From assembly GCA_965203175.1 (NCBI GenBank), contig OZ241867.1, positions 1,184,001 to 1,248,000 of the forward strand: a stretch of 64,000 bases of DNA, in the 5' to 3' direction. Made by a program: the position numbers and the translations under genes. Shown here one piece after another: positions 45,645 to 58,770 of this stretch; positions within the stretch are counted from its first letter, which is position 1, and the number at the start of each line of letters is the position of its first letter. The DNA comes from Candidatus Latescibacterota bacterium. Lineage in GTDB: Bacteria; Latescibacterota; UBA2968; UBA8231. A model generated the notes under the pieces. It worked only from the letters and a program-made list of their open reading frames with translations. It ran no database searches and was not told where the DNA came from.

Positions 45645-48149
45645 TCAACCCGAGGTCTGCTCATCGGCCGCGCCGTTTTCCCGACTGCCCTCGTCTTCGT
45701 CCTCGCTGATGGGCAGGGGGGCCATGTCGATAACGCGGTCGCCCTCGTCCAGATTGATCAACCTGACTCCTTGGGTATTGCGCCCAATGGTGGATACCCC
45801 CTGTACGGGTATGCGGATCATAATACCGTTCTGGGTTATCACCATGACCTCCTCTTCAGATTCGATCTCCCTACAGGCCACTACGGAGCCGTTGCGCGGG
45901 GAGGTCTTGATGTCGATGACGCCTTGGCCGGCGCGGTGCTTGCTGGGGTACTCGGTCTGGCCAGTGCGCTTGCCATAACCGTTTTCGCAGATGGTTAGCA
46001 AGGTGCTGCTCTCGCGCACTACGACCATGTCCACAACCTCGTCCCCTTGGCGCAATTTAATGCCCTTAACGCCCGTGGAAACCCGGCCCATTGACCGGAC
46101 ATCGCTTTCGCCGAAGCGCATGGCTTGGCCGTTGCGCGTCAATAGGGCAATATCCTGCTGTCCGTCGGTGATGGCCGCCCCAATTAGGTCGTCGTCATCC
46201 TGGATCTTCAGGGCGATGATTCCGTCGCGGCGGATGTTCTGGTAGGCCGAAAGCCTAGTTTTCTTGACAATGCCGTTGCGCGTAGCCGTGAACAAGTACC
46301 GATCGTCGGAGAACTCTCGGACTGGTACGATGGCGCATATTTGGTCGTCTTGGTCGAGTGGCAACAGGTTGGCTATCGACCGGCCCTGAGCCGTGCGGTC
46401 GCCTTCGGGTATGCGAAAGACCTTAAGCCAGTAACATTTGCCCTTGGCAGTCAAGAACATGATATAGGAATGGGTCGAAGCCACGAAGAGGTGTTCAACA
46501 AAGTCCTCTTCCTTGGTTTTCATACCCGTCACCCCGCGCCCTCCGCGATTCTGTACTCGGTAGGCCCTAGGAGGCAGGCGCTTGATATAGCCACTGCGCG
46601 AGATGGTGACGACCATGTCCTCTTCGGCAATCAAGTCCTCAATGTCGAATTCCTCGGCTGCATAGACGATCTCGGTGCGGCGCTCGTCGCCGAAGCGCTC
46701 GGTGATCTCATCAATCTCGTCCTTGATGATCTGCATCTGCCGCTCGCGGCTGGCGAGGATCCCCCTCTGGTCCTCTATCGTCGTCATCAACCCCTTGTAT
46801 TCGTCCTCAATTTTATCGCGTTCCAAACCCGTCAAGCGCTGCAACGGCATGCTCAGGATGGCTTGGACCTGCCGCTCGCTTAACTCGATAGTACTGTCTG
46901 CTGTCGGGCGGATGACCGCCAGCCGCTCTTGGGCATCTGCTGGACTCGACGAGCGGCGGATGGTCTCAATCACTAGGTCAATGTGATCTAGGGCGATGCG
47001 CAGGCCTTCTAAGATGTGCGCCCGGGCTTCGGCCCGCTCCAAATCGTATTGCGTGCGGCGCACGATCACGTCATGGCGGTGATCGATGTAGTGCTGCAGC
47101 ATCTGCTTGAGATTGAGCGTCTCAGGACGGCCATTGACAATGGCCAGCATCATTACTCCATAGGTGGTCTGCAACATGCTATGGCTATAGAGCTGGTTGA
47201 GCACGACTTCGGCTTGGGCTTCTCTCTTGCACTCAAATACGATGCGCAGCCCCTTGCGGCCCGACTCGTCGCGAATATTGGCAAGTCCGTCAATGGTCTT
47301 GTCGCGCACCAAATCGGCTATTTTTTCTAATAAGCTGGCCTTGTTTACCAAGAAGGGGATTTCGGTGACGACGATGTTCTCGCGGCCGTTCTTGAGGGTT
47401 TCAATATCCGCCCGAGCTCTGATGTAGATCAGCCCCCTACCCGTTGCGTAGGCCTGCTGTACTCCGCTCATGCCGTAGATGATCCCGCCGGTGGGAAAAT
47501 CTGGAGCTTTGACGTGATCAAGCAGCTCGGCAATGGAAATTTCGGGATGATCGATCAGCGCCTTGAGGCCACTGGCGACTTCCCGCAGGTTGTGCGGCGG
47601 GATCTTGGTGGCCATGCCGACGGCAATGCCCATAGAGCCGTTGCATATCAGGTTGGGGAACCTAGACGGCAACACCAGAGGCTCTTGCTGGGTCTCGTCG
47701 TAGTTGCTGGCGAATTCGACGGTGTTCTTGTCGAGATCCGCTAGCAGTTCCATCGCTGGCCAGCTCAGCCTCGCCTCCGTATAGCGCATGGCCGCCGGAG
47801 GGTAGCCGTCAATTGAACCGAAGTTGCCCTGGCCTTGGACCAGCGGATAGCGCAAGCGAAAGTTCTGTGCCATATGCACTAGCGTCGGATAGACAATATC
47901 TTCGCCATGCGGGTGGTAGTTGCCAGAGGTGTCGCCGGCAATTTTGGCGCATTTGCGGTAACCGCGGTTGGGAAAAAGGCTTAGGTCGTTCATCGCTACC
48001 AAGATGCGGCGCTGGGACGGCTTGAGACCGTCGCGGACATCGGGTAGGGCACGCGACCGTATGAAGCTCATGGAATAGTCGAGGAAGGAGGTTTTGAGCT
48101 CCTCCTCAATCTTGACCCGCAGGACCCGGCTTTCTTGTTGTTCGAGCAT
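45645..48149 (-). CDS. gyrA: DNA gyrase subunit A
   Basis: [21 protein letters not shown] (catalytic Tyr), GyrA-box QNRGGRG, C-terminal pinwheel repeats. Confidence 0.97.
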   Translation of the reverse strand: MLEQQESRVLRVKIEEELKTSFLDYSMSFIRSRALPDVRDGLKPSQRRILVAMNDLSLFPNRGYRKCAKIAGDTSGNYHPHGEDIVYPTLVHMAQNFRLRYPLVQGQGNFGSIDGYPPAAMRYTEARLSWPAMELLADLDKNTVEFASNYDETQQEPLVLPSRFPNLICNGSMGIAVGMATKIPPHNLREVASGLKALIDHPEISIAELLDHVKAPDFPTGGIIYGMSGVQQAYATGRGLIYIRARADIETLKNGRENIVVTEIPFLVNKASLLEKIADLVRDKTIDGLANIRDESGRKGLRIVFECKREAQAEVVLNQLYSHSMLQTTYGVMMLAIVNGRPETLNLKQMLQHYIDHRHDVIVRRTQYDLERAEARAHILEGLRIALDHIDLVIETIRRSSSPADAQERLAVIRPTADSTIELSERQVQAILSMPLQRLTGLERDKIEDEYKGLMTTIEDQRGILASRERQMQIIKDEIDEITERFGDERRTEIVYAAEEFDIEDLIAEEDMVVTISRSGYIKRLPPRAYRVQNRGGRGVTGMKTKEEDFVEHLFVASTHSYIMFLTAKGKCYWLKVFRIPEGDRTAQGRSIANLLPLDQDDQICAIVPVREFSDDRYLFTATRNGIVKKTRLSAYQNIRRDGIIALKIQDDDDLIGAAITDGQQDIALLTRNGQAMRFGESDVRSMGRVSTGVKGIKLRQGDEVVDMVVVRESSTLLTICENGYGKRTGQTEYPSKHRAGQGVIDIKTSPRNGSVVACREIESEEEVMVITQNGIMIRIPVQGVSTIGRNTQGVRLINLDEGDRVIDMAPLPISEDEDEGSRENGAADEQTSG

Positions 48150-48172
48150 TAATTTAATCCTAGCTTTTTAGT

Positions 48173-50461
<2,289 letters not shown>

Positions 50462-50487
<26 letters not shown>

Positions 50488-51550
50488 AACGAGCTCCCTG
50501 CCTTGCGTTAGGCTCTTGAGGGGTCGTCGCTATGACCTGTTCAAACTCACCTACTATGTCCAATAGCTCTCCTATCCGGCCTGAATCCAACTCAGAAAAA
50601 GCATCATCTAAGAGCAGTACGGGTTGCCGACCTGTTTGCTCCTCCATGTAACGGGCCTCGGCCAGCTTCCACGATATGAGTACGGTTCTTAGCTGGCCCT
50701 CGGAGGCATAGACTTCAGCCGGTTCTTCGTTCAACGTGAATTTCAAATCATCGCGGTGCGGCCCACAGAGCGTATGGCCTATTTGGGTCTCCTGTTCCCT
50801 GCGGCGACTGAGTGCTTCGCTCAATTCGGCTCTAAGGGCCTCTAAGCCCTGTTCCTTGATACCTTGATAGACAACGGCGACCTCTTCGCCAGCTAAGGCG
50901 AAGCGACCGTAATAGTCGAGAAAAGGCGCTCTCAACGCATCCAGCGCCTCCAAGCGGTGTAGCCGAAGTTGGGCACCCAAATCCACCAACTGGGCATTCC
51001 ACGGTTCTATTACCTGACTATCGACAAACCCGCGCCCCGACCTCTTTGCGGCGCGCAATAAGTGGTTTCGCTGGGCCAGCACGCGGTAGTAGCGCTGCAT
51101 ACACCGCAAGTACGCGGCGCTAGACTGCGAGATAAGTATGTCGAGCAGCCGCCTTCGCTGGGCCGGGAAGCGCAGTACCAGCGATACGTCTTCAGGAGAG
51201 AAATGAACTGTGCGGAAGGTGCCGAGCAATTCCGATACTCGGGGCAAGGGACTGGCATCAACAAATGCCTTCTTGCCTTCCTTTTTATTGTAAAAGACGC
51301 GTACTTGCTGGTCGTGGCGACCATCCGTACACAAGGCCCGGATGTCAAAGAAGTCCTCGCCGTGCGGCACGACGTGTTGATCCTTGGCCCCGCGCACTGA
51401 TTTACCGATAGATAGGTAGGAAATAGCTTCTAAGATATTGCTTTTGCCGCGGCCGTTCGGGCCAAAAATCAGCACGTGATCCGCTGCAAAGCTCAAGCGA
51501 ATTGCGGCAAAATTTCGGAAGGGTCTCAGCGTTAATTCACGAATCCGCAC
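50462..51550 (-). CDS. recF: DNA replication/repair protein RecF
   Basis: FRNF, GPNGRGKSNILEAI, GPHRDDL, SEGQ, LLLDD..SELD motifs. Confidence 0.96.
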
Positions 51551-51564
51551 TATTCCTGCTTACC

Positions 51565-52728
51565 TCATCCTGTTGGCCGCAGGGGCATTAGTAAGCAGAA
51601 GTAGTCCTCACCTTCCTTTTGTTCCACCGGCCGCAACAGAGCTGCTGTGACGTGGTCATTGAGCTCAAAACGGACCTCGGACGCGTCCATTCTGCGCAGG
51701 ATATCCATCAGATACTGGGCGTTGTAGCCAACCTCTATCTCTTCAGAGGCGTATTGGGCTGGCACGACCTCCCTCGCCTCGCCACCGATCTCGGGGCTGG
51801 CAGCCGATAGCTCCACCTGGCCGCTATTTAGCTTAAAGCGCACTTGACGCGTATAAGAACTAGAGAGAATGGATACCCGGCGTACGGCCGGCAGAAGATC
51901 TTCGCTAGCTATTCTTAATTCTTTTTTGTTGTTTTGAGGAATAACTTGGGCATAGTTGACATAAGGTCCCTCAATCAGACGCGACAGCAAATGCGTGTGT
52001 CCTATATCAAACAGGACCTGTGTCTCGCCCAGCGTGACATTGACCGGCTCCTTATGGCCACCCAGCAATTTGACGATCTGGTTCAATGCTTGGGGGGGGA
52101 CGATGACCGCGGTCTCTTGGTCGTCTTTTACCTGATCCTGTAGATCTATTTCTAGTCTGCAACAGGCTAAGCGCGACCCATCGGTAGCCACCATCTCCAT
52201 TCCCTGAGTATCGATGCGCCAGAGCACCCCGTTGAACACTGGACGCGTATCATCGCCGGAGACGGCAAAGGCTGTCTTGTTGATCATGTCTATTAGGACA
52301 TTAGTCTCGGCCCCGTCCTCCCCTAAACTCAGGCTTACACCGTCAAGTGCTGCCGGCATACTGGGGAATTCTTCCGCTTCTATTCCCGATAGGCTATACG
52401 CTCCTTCGCTGCTCTCGACGGCCCCGGGCCGCCCTGAGAGCTTGAGTCGCTCGTCTTGGACCTCAATACTCAACTCCGCCTCGGGCCATTCTCGGGTGAT
52501 TTCTGCCAGCTTGCGAGCCGAAACAGTCGTCCTCCCTTCCTCTTCTACTACAGCAGCGACTTGAGTTCGGATGGACAAATCTAAATCCGTCGCAGCTAGG
52601 GATAGGGTGTCCCCATCGGCTTCAAGTAGGATATTAGCCAACACCGGTAGGGAAGGCTTTGAAGACACGGCTTCTAATACAGTATCAATGCCCTGCCACA
52701 ATTCATTGCGATTTACTCTTAACTTCAT
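51565..52728 (-). CDS. dnaN: DNA polymerase III beta sliding clamp
   Basis: ATDL, VATDG.RLA, SRLIEG.Y.NY..VIP, LLMP.R motifs. Confidence 0.96.
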   Translation of the reverse strand: MKLRVNRNELWQGIDTVLEAVSSKPSLPVLANILLEADGDTLSLAATDLDLSIRTQVAAVVEEEGRTTVSARKLAEITREWPEAELSIEVQDERLKLSGRPGAVESSEGAYSLSGIEAEEFPSMPAALDGVSLSLGEDGAETNVLIDMINKTAFAVSGDDTRPVFNGVLWRIDTQGMEMVATDGSRLACCRLEIDLQDQVKDDQETAVIVPPQALNQIVKLLGGHKEPVNVTLGETQVLFDIGHTHLLSRLIEGPYVNYAQVIPQNNKKELRIASEDLLPAVRRVSILSSSYTRQVRFKLNSGQVELSAASPEIGGEAREVVPAQYASEEIEVGYNAQYLMDILRRMDASEVRFELNDHVTAALLRPVEQKEGEDYFCLLMPLRPTG

Positions 52729-53296
52729 ACTGCTTCTCAGATGATCCTTCTGCCTGTTTAAAAAACGTTGTTCTTAAAACACTTACATACAAATTTAGCT
52801 TCTGTACTTATTTATGTCAAGGTTCTATTATATAGTGCCCCATTTTTTGCATAAGAGAGAACATAAGAGCAGGTGTGTATAAAAAAACAGAAAGGTGTGT
52901 AATAAGAGTAGTGGCTTAATCCACATTGGTCTTTTAATAAAACTACACTTTTTTGTGTTCTTTTATTTTTTGAAGTTCTAGTTGTACTGTGGATATGTGG
53001 ATAACAGTATTGGAGATTTATTTATATGCAATAAAAATTGTTGTTAATAAAACACTTAAACAACAAAGGGATAACTGCCGGTGAATGCTGGGTCTGTGGA
53101 TTGTCGAGTGGAAAAGTTGAGTTTTGCACAGGCCAGAGGTTAAAAATGCCTGTTTTCTTTTTTGCACAGATTTATCCACATTGAATCAATACCTGGGCGG
53201 GGATAGATGTTAATAGTTTTCCACTGCCAAATAGGCACTATTGTGGTGAAAAATACAGACAGAGGGGACCTAAGACGGCTAAAGAGATGGGGTGGA
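52729..53296. other. Replication origin oriC (dnaA-dnaN intergenic)
   Basis: AT-rich. DnaA boxes at 52874-82, 52988-96, 52996-53004 (perfect), 53122-30, 53160-68, 53172-80 (perfect). Tandem boxes abut NAN trios. Gene orientation switches near this region. Confidence 0.88.
52792..52820 (-). promoter_or_regulatory. Putative sigma70 promoter for dnaN
   Basis: Minus strand TTGACA (52815-52820), 17 nt spacer, TAAATT (52792-52797). Confidence 0.55.
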
Positions 53297-54691
53297 CTAG
53301 TGGTTTTGCCGGCGGATGGTATTGGACAAATCCTCGACTAGCCTGGCGAAGGTGGGATCGTTTTTGCACTTCTTCTCAACGGTGCTTACAGCGTGGATGA
53401 CCGTGCTGTGGTCGCGGTTGCCGAAGTGCAGGCCAATGGTAGTGAAGTGACTGCCGATGAGACTTCTGACTAAGAACATAGCAATGTGACGTGCCGTTAC
53501 CACTTCTTGCTTGCGTCCTTTTCCAGTAAGTAGCTCCTGAGCCAGATTAAAGTGGTCGGCGACCTGCTGTTGGATGGCCTCAATGCTCATTTCCGATGGG
53601 CTAGGGCCCAATTCATCTAGAATATGCTTGGCCGCCTCAATGTCGAGTTCCTTCTTGTGGATTGAGCAGTAGGCCATCAAGCTAATCAACGTACCTTCGA
53701 GTTCGCGGACATTCGATCGGATGTGGTTACCTAACAAAGCGGCCACATCATCGGGAATCCGTATGCCGTTGCGCTCGGCCTTCTTGTGGAGGATGGCAAT
53801 CCGGGTCTCGAGCTCCGGTGGATTTATTGCGGTGGCCAAACCCCATATGAAGCGGGATTTCAATCGTTCTTCTAACCCATCAAGATGACCGGGAGGACTG
53901 TCACAGGTCATGACAATCTGCTTCTCAGACTGGTGCAGGGCATTAAAGGTGTGAAAAAATTCGTTTTGGGTCCGTTCGCCGTGGAGCAGAAACTGGATAT
54001 CGTCGACAAGGAGGATATCCGCGCTGCGGTAGAAATTCTTAAACTCACTCGTCTTATCGCGGTCTCGGAGCGATTGGACGAAATCGCCCATAAATTTTTC
54101 CGAGGTTACGTAAACGACCTTCTCCGCGAGGTTGAGGCTATGAGCGTGATGCCCAATCGCTTGGAGCAGATGCGTTTTACCTAGCCCAGCGCCGCCATAA
54201 ATCACGAGAGGATTAAATTCCGTCTTACCTGGGGCATTGGCTACGGCTAAGGCCGTTGCAAGGGCAATTTGATTGCTATCGCCAATGATAAATTCTTCAA
54301 AGGTATAGCGCTGGTTGAGCGATATTTGATCGGGCCCGGCTTCTGTTTCTACCTCTTCTTCTCGTTCATCTTCTGTGGATTCTTCTTCGCGAGTGGGGAG
54401 AGGGAGTACTGGGTCGAGAGCGGGCTGGGGTGCTTGGGCAACGGCAAAGGAGATTCTTGGGGCCAGCGTCGTCTCTTCCATTACTACTGCTTGAATCATC
54501 TGCAAGTAGTGTTCCTCTACCCAAGCGGCAGAAAATGCACTGGGAACTTGGATGACCAACAAGTCTTCGTCGAATTGGCTTACGGAAGTCTGTTTAAACC
54601 AATTACTAAAACTCTGGGGACGAACCTGACGCTCTATGTTGAGCAGACATTGGGCCCAAAGTTCTTGGGGATCTTGTATTTCCAGTGCCAT
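53297..54691 (-). CDS. dnaA: Chromosomal replication initiator DnaA
   Basis: NPLVIYGGAGLGKTHL, LLVDDIQF, EFFHTFN, NVRELEG, RDHSTVIHA motifs. Confidence 0.97.
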   Translation of the reverse strand: MALEIQDPQELWAQCLLNIERQVRPQSFSNWFKQTSVSQFDEDLLVIQVPSAFSAAWVEEHYLQMIQAVVMEETTLAPRISFAVAQAPQPALDPVLPLPTREEESTEDEREEEVETEAGPDQISLNQRYTFEEFIIGDSNQIALATALAVANAPGKTEFNPLVIYGGAGLGKTHLLQAIGHHAHSLNLAEKVVYVTSEKFMGDFVQSLRDRDKTSEFKNFYRSADILLVDDIQFLLHGERTQNEFFHTFNALHQSEKQIVMTCDSPPGHLDGLEERLKSRFIWGLATAINPPELETRIAILHKKAERNGIRIPDDVAALLGNHIRSNVRELEGTLISLMAYCSIHKKELDIEAAKHILDELGPSPSEMSIEAIQQQVADHFNLAQELLTGKGRKQEVVTARHIAMFLVRSLIGSHFTTIGLHFGNRDHSTVIHAVSTVEKKCKNDPTFARLVEDLSNTIRRQNH

Positions 54692-54729
54692 TTATTGAGC
54701 GAGTGTCGCAATTTTTAAGGGGGGTTTTC

Positions 54730-54758
54730 AACCTATGAAGAAGGCATATGCCAGTCAA
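54730..54758 (-). promoter_or_regulatory. Putative sigma70 promoter for dnaA
   Basis: Minus strand TTGACT (54753-54758), 17 nt spacer, TAGGTT (54730-54735). Confidence 0.45.
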
Positions 54759-54812
54759 GAGTTTCCACCGAATTTGTTGTTAAAATTTACTAGCGTCCGA
54801 AGAGCTAAAGTA

Positions 54813-54841
54813 TTGACACTAATTGGAATAGCCACTAAATT
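54813..54841 (+). promoter_or_regulatory. Putative sigma70 promoter for the rpmH operon
   Basis: TTGACA (54813-54818), 17 nt spacer, TAAATT (54836-54841). Confidence 0.6.
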
Positions 54842-54889
54842 GAACCGTTTATATGTATGCTGTGCAGAACTAACATGAGGTGAGATTTT

Positions 54890-55024
54890 TTGAAACGCAC
54901 ATTTCAACCCAGCAACAGGCGCCGCCGCAACAAGCATGGCTTTCGCAAGCGCATGAGCACACCGGCCGGTCGCAATATCATCAATCGTCGTCGTCGGAAG
55001 GGCCGCAAGCAGCTAGCAGTCTAG
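54890..55024 (+). CDS. rpmH: 50S ribosomal protein L34 (not in the ORF track)
   Basis: TTG start after [50 protein letters not shown]. Confidence 0.96.
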   Translation: MKRTFQPSNRRRRNKHGFRKRMSTPAGRNIINRRRRKGRKQLAV

Positions 55025-55027
55025 CGT

Positions 55028-55288
55028 TTGATGGCTTGGATTAGGGGCCGCTGCTTTTGGATCCGTTGCGATCGGGAAGATCGCGGTCAAATCTTCGTCG
55101 TCCGACGCAAACTGGGCAATGCTGTAAAGCGCAATCGGCTCAAACGGCGCCTGCGTAGCATTTGCCGAAGCCGCCCGTACTTTCCTCGCAATCTAGTCGT
55201 TTTTTGCCAACCGTCAGCCGTCGAAGCTCCCTTTATTGACTTGGAAAGGGAACTGGATTTCTTGGTACCAAATCTTGTCCCACGATGA
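55028..55288 (+). CDS. rnpA: Ribonuclease P protein component, unusually short
   Basis: RNR motif [16 protein letters not shown]. Position between rpmH and yidD. Confidence 0.75.
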   Translation: MMAWIRGRCFWIRCDREDRGQIFVVRRKLGNAVKRNRLKRRLRSICRSRPYFPRNLVVFCQPSAVEAPFIDLERELDFLVPNLVPR

Positions 55289-55494
55289 AGCAAATCGTCA
55301 TTTTCCTCGTCCGCGCCTATCGTCTTCTCCTGTCTCCATATTTCCCCCCATCCTGTCGTTATCAACCTACTTGTTCCCAATATGCCGAAGAAGCACTAGA
55401 TAAGTACGGGGCACTCAAGGGCGGGATGATTGCGTTAAAGCGGATTAGTCGATGCCATCCTTGGGGAGGGAGCGGATACGATCCTCTACGATAG
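55285..55494 (+). CDS. yidD: Membrane protein insertion efficiency factor
   Basis: [24 protein letters not shown] motifs. Confidence 0.95.
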   Translation: MKQIVIFLVRAYRLLLSPYFPPSCRYQPTCSQYAEEALDKYGALKGGMIALKRISRCHPWGGSGYDPLR

Positions 55495-55533
55495 TTTAAT
55501 AACATGTTGTTTATAAAAGGGTAAGTAAAACTT

Positions 55534-57288
55534 ATGGAAGATAAGCGGACTCTGTTGGCCTTTCTTTTCATAGGCCTGATTTTCCTCTTGCTTCCCTTCT
55601 ATAATGAATGGATGGGGCTAAATCCTAAGCCTCAGTCTCCGTCGCAGGAATCGGTGGAACAAAAGCCGGTACCTGAAACAGAACCTGTTGCTGAAGAGCA
55701 ATATGAGGCCGAGAGCATACGAGATCCCGAGTCTGCGAAACAGCTCCTTTCGGAAGGGGAAGGACCAGCACCCGTTGAGTCTCAGGCCATTGAAAGGGTC
55801 GAATCGGCCTTTACCTCAGAAGATAGAGCGGACACAATTGTAGTACAAACACCGCTTCAGAGATTTGAAGTCTCTACAAAGGGCGGTACCATTATATCAT
55901 GTAAACTATTAAAATACAAATACCTATCGAAGGAAAATTCCATTCGGAGGGGCCAGCATCCGGATGGAAGTATTATCGAACTGCTACCTCCAACCGGCAG
56001 CGGCTTGGGCATTCATCTACAGAGAGCAAACTACAGGGAGGATATCTCCTCGGCGGAGTTTGTTGCCAATCAGTCGAGTTTGCAGATAGGACCCGGGGAA
56101 GAGCGCTCCCTAACTATGGTTGCCGAACTCGGGGGAGGCAGGAGACTGGAAAAAGTCTTGACCTTTAATGGGGACCGCTATGGATTCGATCTCCAGGTGC
56201 GCTACGAAGGGTTTGACGACGATACAGAAGCCATACTCACTTGGAAAAACGGCATAGCGTTTACCGAGCGCGAGCCGGAGATTGACCTACCTGAAATGCG
56301 GGCTTTTGCCTATATCAACGAAGAACGGGTTGAACTCAAGGTGGATGATGGGGAATCGGACGAATTGGAGGACAAAGGATTACTGAAATGGGCGGGTATT
56401 CGCAACAAGTACTTCTTGATTTCCTACATCCCCGTCGATAGAGAGCAGCGTTCTCGCGTCGTCCTGCAGGGCGATCACCAAGAGTCGCAATTGTGGCCCG
56501 AGTATTCTTTTCAGCTAGGTCGGCGGCTCGAACGGTCTGGTTCTTGGCACAATACCATTTATCTCGGCCCACTCAATTACGACGAACTCGTCGGCTATGA
56601 GGCTGAATTAGAGCAGGCCATTGATTTCGGTTGGCCGATCGTAAGTCAAATAAGCCGCTTTCTACTTATTCTATTCATAGCGACCCATCAATATGTCCCC
56701 AACTATGGTTGGATCATCGTCCTGTTTGCCGTTGTCATCAAAATTCTCGTCTATCCGCTTACGCACAAAACGTATGAGTCTGCGGCGAAAATGCAGGAAC
56801 TTCAGCCGAAAATTACGGCGCTACGCGAGAAGTACAAAAACGACAATCAACGCCTGAGCCGAGAGACCATGAAGCTCTATAAGGAAGAAGGCGTCAATCC
56901 TCTTAGTGGGTGTCTGCCTCTCTTGTTGCAGATGCCCATTTTCATTGCGCTGTACAATCTTTTTGGCAAAACAATCGAGTTGCGCCAGGCCTCCTTTATT
57001 CTCTGGATACAAGATCTTTCCCTTCCTGACGAGTTGCTTATCGGCGGTTTCGGTCTTCATGTTCTGCCCTTGTTAATGGCGGTCTCCATGTTCATCCAAC
57101 AGAAGATGACGATGAAGGATCCCAAGCAGGCCGTTCTGGTTTACATGATGCCCGTACTGATGATCTTCATCTTTTGGAACATGTCGTCGGGATTAGTGCT
57201 TTACTGGACTATCTTCAATGTTTTGACCATTGGCCAGCAGCTATTGGTCAATCATTTTAAGAAAGAAGCCGCTCCTTCCAGCACTTGA
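55534..57288 (+). CDS. yidC: Membrane protein insertase YidC
   Basis: NYGW.I, GVNPLSGCLP.LLQMP, WIQDLS.PD, SGLVLYW motifs. Confidence 0.95.
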   Translation: MEDKRTLLAFLFIGLIFLLLPFYNEWMGLNPKPQSPSQESVEQKPVPETEPVAEEQYEAESIRDPESAKQLLSEGEGPAPVESQAIERVESAFTSEDRADTIVVQTPLQRFEVSTKGGTIISCKLLKYKYLSKENSIRRGQHPDGSIIELLPPTGSGLGIHLQRANYREDISSAEFVANQSSLQIGPGEERSLTMVAELGGGRRLEKVLTFNGDRYGFDLQVRYEGFDDDTEAILTWKNGIAFTEREPEIDLPEMRAFAYINEERVELKVDDGESDELEDKGLLKWAGIRNKYFLISYIPVDREQRSRVVLQGDHQESQLWPEYSFQLGRRLERSGSWHNTIYLGPLNYDELVGYEAELEQAIDFGWPIVSQISRFLLILFIATHQYVPNYGWIIVLFAVVIKILVYPLTHKTYESAAKMQELQPKITALREKYKNDNQRLSRETMKLYKEEGVNPLSGCLPLLLQMPIFIALYNLFGKTIELRQASFILWIQDLSLPDELLIGGFGLHVLPLLMAVSMFIQQKMTMKDPKQAVLVYMMPVLMIFIFWNMSSGLVLYWTIFNVLTIGQQLLVNHFKKEAAPSST

Positions 57289-58673
57289 AATTTCAGCCGG
57301 ACCGCGAATCCTTGATACAGCCGGATACTGTTGTCGCTATCTCTACGCCACGGGGGGAGGGGGGGATCGGGATCGTGCGTTTGAGTGGACCTGCCGCTCT
57401 ATCTATTAGCCAGCAGATTTTTCGCTCCCATCCACCGCTCGGCAAGCGAGTCCGATACGTCGAATACGGGCGTATATGGGCTGGTGGTCGAGCAATCGAC
57501 ACGGGCGTCGCTTGGGTCTTTGCTGCGCCGCACTCTTATACCTGTGAAGATACCGTCGAGATTAGTTGCCACGGCAGCATGGTCGTATTAGAGTCCGTCG
57601 TCGAGGAAGCGCTTCGCTTAGGGGCCGTCGCCGCCGCTCCAGGAGAGTTTACTCGTCGAGCGTTTCTCAATGGCCGATTGGACTTATTAGAAGCTGAGGC
57701 TGTAATTGACCTCATCCAGGCTAGCTCTAAAGCGCATCTCGATAGTGCCTATGGTTTGGCCAGTGGCCGTCTATCTAAGATGGTAAAAGAGCTTAAGAGT
57801 CAGTTGGTTAAGATGCTATCATTGCTTGAGATAGGGCTCGATTTTTCCGACGAAGACGTCGATAGTATCGGGCGTCAAGAAATACAGACCGCGCTGCGCA
57901 AGGTGGTTGAGTCCTCTTTGCGGCTTGCCGAAACGTTCGAGGGAACAAGGCGTCGTCAAGAGGGATATTTAGTCGTGCTCATCGGGCGTCCCAACGTAGG
58001 TAAGTCCACGTTGCTCAACGTGTTGCTCGGTGAAGATCGGGCGATAGTTACTCCCGTGCCAGGAACGACGCGAGACTTAGTAGAAGGTCGGACTACATGG
58101 GCAGGAGAGACGATTCGGCTAGTCGATACGGCTGGGATTAGGCAAAGCCATAACCTGATCGAAAAAGAGGGAATTGAACGAGCGTCTCAGGCGGTCGGGG
58201 AAGCCGATGTGGTTTTAGCGGTATTCGACAGTTCGACCGAGTCGTGTGATGACGATATAGCTGTGTTAGACCTACTCCCGTCTGACAAGAAGTCAATTGC
58301 TGTCTTCAACAAGATTGATTTGCCGGGTACTAGTACTCGATCTAAGATAGAATCACGGACCTCGGTAACCGTTGAAATATCAGCACTTAGGGAGTTCGGT
58401 ATTGAAAAATTAAAGAGGGAAGTGGCTGCCGAATTGCCCCATAGGGCGGAAATAGACGGAATCGGGATCACCCGTCAACGCCATCAAGATTGCCTCTTGC
58501 GGGTAGCTAAATCCAGTGCTGTAGCAGAGGAGCTAATGAGATCCAGCCAGCTCGATGAGTGCGTCGTGGCCGAGCTTCAAGACGCCTTGAATGCCCTAGG
58601 TGAGATGTTGGGAGAGACGGTAGAAGAGGAAGTGCTTGATTCCATCTTCTCCCAATTTTGTATCGGCAAGTAA
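57285..58673 (+). CDS. mnmE: tRNA modification GTPase MnmE
   Basis: GEFTRRAFLNG, GRPNVGKS, GTTRD, DTAG, NKID, FCIGK C-terminus. Confidence 0.96.
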   Translation: MKFQPDRESLIQPDTVVAISTPRGEGGIGIVRLSGPAALSISQQIFRSHPPLGKRVRYVEYGRIWAGGRAIDTGVAWVFAAPHSYTCEDTVEISCHGSMVVLESVVEEALRLGAVAAAPGEFTRRAFLNGRLDLLEAEAVIDLIQASSKAHLDSAYGLASGRLSKMVKELKSQLVKMLSLLEIGLDFSDEDVDSIGRQEIQTALRKVVESSLRLAETFEGTRRRQEGYLVVLIGRPNVGKSTLLNVLLGEDRAIVTPVPGTTRDLVEGRTTWAGETIRLVDTAGIRQSHNLIEKEGIERASQAVGEADVVLAVFDSSTESCDDDIAVLDLLPSDKKSIAVFNKIDLPGTSTRSKIESRTSVTVEISALREFGIEKLKREVAAELPHRAEIDGIGITRQRHQDCLLRVAKSSAVAEELMRSSQLDECVVAELQDALNALGEMLGETVEEEVLDSIFSQFCIGK

Positions 58674-58689
58674 TGTTCCACGTGGAACA
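58674..58689. promoter_or_regulatory. parS centromere site 1
   Basis: Perfect palindrome TGTTCCACGTGGAACA matching the bacterial parS consensus. Confidence 0.9.
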
Positions 58690-58745
58690 CTTGAGTCGGC
58701 TCGATGCAACTCGGAAAGTTTCGTGGAGCATGTTGATAAGTTCAA

Positions 58746-58761
58746 TGTTCCACGTGGAACA
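58746..58761. promoter_or_regulatory. parS centromere site 2
   Basis: Perfect palindrome TGTTCCACGTGGAACA. Confidence 0.9.
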
Positions 58762-58770
58762 TATTTTGAT

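Noticed and set aside
58716-58731. Third parS-like site (AAGTTTCGTGGAGCAT)
   Set aside because: Too degenerate: it needs a gap and mismatches.
58636-58770. N-terminal extension of rsmG with a repeated NVPRGT peptide
   Set aside because: The peptide repeat is only the translation of the two parS palindromes.
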